This document shows positions 55,982 through 60,521 of a DNA stretch of 60,521 nt, piece by piece. This DNA comes from an uncultured Bacteroides sp. (GTDB lineage: Bacteria > Bacteroidota > Bacteroidia > Bacteroidales > Bacteroidaceae). The translations under genes and the position numbers were made by a program. The number at the start of each line of letters is the position of its first letter. The first letter of the stretch is position 1. The notes beneath the pieces are model-generated. The model was not told the DNA's origin. It did not search any database and saw only the letters and a program-made list of their open reading frames with translations. The stretch is from contig CAMWRY010000001.1 of NCBI GenBank assembly GCA_947176775.1, positions 1 through 60,521 on the forward strand, written 5' to 3'.

Positions 55982-56052
55982 CACCACGAATTACACGGAT
56001 TTACACAGATTGCCCACCATGCCTCTGTGCCGGTCCGTGTAATTCTGTGATG
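55982..56052. repeat. short repeats with 12-bp inverted repeat
   Basis: GAATTACACGGA (55988-55999) / TCCGTGTAATTC (56034-56045); tandem TTACACGGAT-TTACACAGAT. Confidence 0.65.
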
Positions 56053-56086
56053 AGGTACAGGCACTTCCTCGTAAACTGATAACACT

Positions 56087-56536
56087 ATGGATTTATTTGA
56101 AAGAGTCAGCGAAGACATTAAAAACGCCATGAAGGCCAAGGACAAAGTGGCCCTCGAAACCCTGAGAAACGTAAAAAAAGTATTCCTTGAAGCCAAGACT
56201 GCTCCGGGAGCCAACGACACCCTGAGCGATGCGGATGCCTTGAAGATTATCCAGAAACTGACCAAGCAGGGCAAGGACGCAGCCGAAATCTACGTGCAGC
56301 AAGGACGCCAGGACCTGGCCGACACCGAACTGGCCCAGGTGAAAGTGATGGAAGCCTACCTGCCCAAGCAGATGTCGCCCGAAGAACTGGAAGCTGCCCT
56401 GAAGGAAATCATTGCCGAAGTGGGTGCCACAAGCGGCAAGGAGATGGGCAAAGTAATGGGCGTAGCCAGCAAGAAGCTGGCCGGACTGGCCGAAGGCCGT
56501 GCCATCTCTGCCAAAGTAAAGGAACTGCTGGGATAA
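56087..56536 (+). CDS. GatB/YqeY domain protein
   Basis: AMKAKDK, YLPKQMS, MGKVMG. Confidence 0.93.
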   Translation: MDLFERVSEDIKNAMKAKDKVALETLRNVKKVFLEAKTAPGANDTLSDADALKIIQKLTKQGKDAAEIYVQQGRQDLADTELAQVKVMEAYLPKQMSPEELEAALKEIIAEVGATSGKEMGKVMGVASKKLAGLAEGRAISAKVKELLG

Positions 56537-56639
56537 AGGAAAAGAACCATCCACTCCCCCCATTTCAACACTGCTTCCGAAAATCAGACAACACCCTTCT
56601 TATACGGAAGCAAAGCTACTCTGAAACAAGACATTAAGA

Positions 56640-56800
56640 CTGCAAGTTTCTGCATACTTGTTGCAGTGTCGCTGCAAAGCTCTTTGCAGTAGCGCTGCAA
56701 CAGGCTTGCAGTAACTCTGCAACAAGCGTGCAGCAGCTCTGCAACAGGCGTGCAGCGGCTCTGCAACGGGCGTGCAGCGGCTCTGTAACGGGCGTGCAGC
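56640..56800. repeat. 11/22-bp phased TGCA tandem array
   Basis: TGCA (once TGTA) every 11 bp from 56685 to 56795; 22-bp unit CTGCAACAGGCGTGCAGCGGCT. Confidence 0.88.
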
Positions 56801-56848
56801 GAAACAAACGCCTGCACAGTGCATACCGGCAGCAAGCACCAAGGAAGG

Positions 56849-57577
56849 CTAATCGAACAGTTCCTTCAGCACCTCCAGCGACTTCAAGGTCGGGAAATCG
56901 GGCAGATGCAGCCGATAATATTCGTTGATGACGGCCAGGCAACGGGTACGTTCCTGCCGGTTCATCGTGAAAAGATGCATGGTCTCATAGTTCATGCGCA
57001 TCAGCCTGCTCAGCCGGGCAGCCTCCTCGGGAAGGATGTAATGGGAGTGATGCTGTGGACGCAAGGAGGTGAAACAGGCATTCTGCATGTCGAAATAATC
57101 CCCGGCACGGTAATCCTCCAAGTTGGGATAGAGGCCCAAGAAACGGGAAAGGCGCATCAGAAAGACCAGATGGAAATTGGCAAACCCCTCCCGGCACTCG
57201 TCCAGCCAGATGATGGAATGGTAGAGATAGGCAAACAGCGGACGGTTCTCCGCCTCCTCGCGGAGGGCACGATAGAGGAACTCGGAAAGGAACAGAGCGA
57301 TGGCCGACTTACAGGGGTCATAGGGAAGCGTGGCAAAAGGACAGAGCGACTTCGCCTCCTTTATCTTATATATAGTAGCGTTGGGACGGAAGTCGGCCTC
57401 AAGGTCCACCAAAGCCAACGGCTGGAACAGCACCGGCTTCACCGCCGCCTTGCGCGAACGGGGTATGGAGACCATGAAGGAAGCCCGGCCAGCCACCTCC
57501 GTATAAATGTCTACGATGAGCGACGCATCCTTATACTTCAAGGCATGCAGCACAATCCCTTGCGTTTTCTGTAACAT
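56849..57577 (-). CDS. recO: DNA repair protein RecO
   Basis: KTQGIVL...IVDIYTE..GR, LFQPL, LGLYP, LKSLEVL. Confidence 0.92.
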   Translation of the reverse strand: MLQKTQGIVLHALKYKDASLIVDIYTEVAGRASFMVSIPRSRKAAVKPVLFQPLALVDLEADFRPNATIYKIKEAKSLCPFATLPYDPCKSAIALFLSEFLYRALREEAENRPLFAYLYHSIIWLDECREGFANFHLVFLMRLSRFLGLYPNLEDYRAGDYFDMQNACFTSLRPQHHSHYILPEEAARLSRLMRMNYETMHLFTMNRQERTRCLAVINEYYRLHLPDFPTLKSLEVLKELFD

Positions 57578-57667
57578 ATCCTATTCTCTTTTAGCAGGTT
57601 TCAATCCGAAACAAAGCTACGAAAAAAAGCCCGATCAGAAAAAAAATATATTTTTTCCTGCAAAAGT

Positions 57668-57698
57668 TTTGGTAATTCAAAAATAGTTCCTACCTTTG
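57668..57698 (+). promoter_or_regulatory. sigmaA promoter of tRNA-Glu/rpsT
   Basis: TTTG (-33), 19 nt, TACCTTTG (-7). Confidence 0.8.
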
Positions 57699-57753
57699 CA
57701 ACCGCAAACGAGAGATAAACACTCTCACAGAGCGGAAACGCTCACCACAGGAT

Positions 57754-57825
57754 GGCCCGTTCGTCTATCGGTTAGGACGCAAGATTTTCATTCTTGAAAG
57801 GGGGGTTCGATTCCCCCACGGGCTA
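57754..57825 (+). tRNA. tRNA-Glu (TTC), CCA not encoded
   Basis: Acceptor GGCCCGT/ACGGGCT; anticodon arm CAAGA-TT-TTC-AT-TCTTG; T arm GGGGG-TTCGATT-CCCCC. Confidence 0.97.
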
Positions 57826-57867
57826 CAAAATAAAAAATAAACGAATTTAAAACAAAGATTAGTCGAG

Positions 57868-58122
57868 ATGGCAAATCATAAATCATCACTGAAGAGAATC
57901 AGACAAGAAGAAAAAAGAAGACTTCACAACAGATATTATGGCAAAACCATGAGAAACGCTGTTCGTAAGCTTCGCGCCACTACTGACAAAGCTGAAGCAG
58001 CAGCTATGTATCCTGGCATTACAAAATTGTTGGATAAGTTGGCCAAGACTAACATCATCCACAAGAATAAAGCTAACAACTTGAAGTCAAAATTGGCTAT
58101 CCATATCAACAAATTGGCTTAA
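57868..58122 (+). CDS. rpsT: 30S ribosomal protein S20
   Basis: [13 protein letters not shown]...IHKNKA..KSKL. Confidence 0.98.
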   Translation: MANHKSSLKRIRQEEKRRLHNRYYGKTMRNAVRKLRATTDKAEAAAMYPGITKLLDKLAKTNIIHKNKANNLKSKLAIHINKLA

Positions 58123-58146
58123 GTTGAAAGTTACATAAAAGATATT

Positions 58147-58178
58147 AAGAAGCCGGACTTTTCAGTCCGGCTTCTTTT
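58147..58178 (+). terminator. intrinsic terminator after rpsT
   Basis: AAGAAGCCGGACT-TTTC-AGTCCGGCTTCTT-TT. Confidence 0.9.
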
Positions 58179-58215
58179 GTCATACACCACCCCCGCCGCC
58201 CCGGACCTATGCTAA

Positions 58216-60273
<2,058 letters not shown>

Positions 60274-60303
60274 TAAATCCAAACTTCGCATCTTACAACG
60301 AAG

Positions 60304-60346
60304 AAAGCTCCGGAGGGGCAGGAAAATCCTGCTTCCGGAGCTTTTT
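60304..60346. terminator. terminator between gyrB and convergent gene
   Basis: AAAGCTCCGGA ... TCCGGAGCTTTTT. Confidence 0.85.
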
Positions 60347-60383
60347 CATATACTCTTCATTTAAGAACTGTCGGAAATGGGAG

Positions 60384-60521
60384 CTACAGCATCCCCTGCT
60401 TCTTCATCTCCTCCGCCACCAGTTCCAGTTCCGCATACCAGTCCTCACCGAACTTGCGGATAAGCGGCTCTTTCAGGAACTTATATACAGGCAGGTTCTC
60501 CTTCTGTCCCAAGAGTACGGC
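60384..60521 (-). CDS. C-terminus of a DUF3109-like protein (partial)
   Basis: Manual translation ...LGQKENLPVYKFLKEPLIRKFGEDWYAELELVAEEMKKQGML*. Confidence 0.75.
   Translation of the reverse strand, partial: AVLLGQKENLPVYKFLKEPLIRKFGEDWYAELELVAEEMKKQGML

Noticed and set aside
56584-56942. Several short ORFs across the TGCA array
   Set aside because: Stop-poor repeat DNA open in several frames on both strands.
57754-57867. tRNA-Glu as an island integration site
   Set aside because: Followed directly by rpsT; no duplicated tRNA 3' end or integrase seen.

Overview
Bacteroidales (Bacteroides/Phocaeicola-like, high GC3) chromosomal window. Most of it is core genome: prfB, an M16 peptidase, RNase HI, aroK, speA, argB, three ECF sigma factors, an acyl-CoA ligase, envC/TPR/dut/dgt, a probable glycine-lipid acyltransferase pair, the dcw cluster (mraZ to ftsZ), recO, tRNA-Glu, rpsT and gyrB. 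One ECF/FecR-controlled SusC/SusD locus ends in a metallophosphoesterase and has no glycosidase. The best candidate for an undescribed system is a compact, integrase-free cassette at 821-4884. It holds an HTH+S24 (CI/LexA-like) repressor divergent from a Zn-ribbon protein, a DUF4373 replication-initiator-like protein, an HU-like protein, an 11-bp phased repeat array, a T7-lysozyme-like amidase and a 34-aa 'smalltalk' membrane peptide. The same 19-bp quasi-palindrome sits just upstream of the -7 box of both rightward promoters. Other points: prfB has lost its programmed frameshift, an antisense sRNA is likely in the fecR-susC leader, stacked sigma54/ECF promoters precede a GIN lipoprotein gene, and several repeat/REP/MITE-like families occur, some now forming the ends of essential proteins (MurG, MurC). 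All calls come from reading the sequence; no database searches were run.
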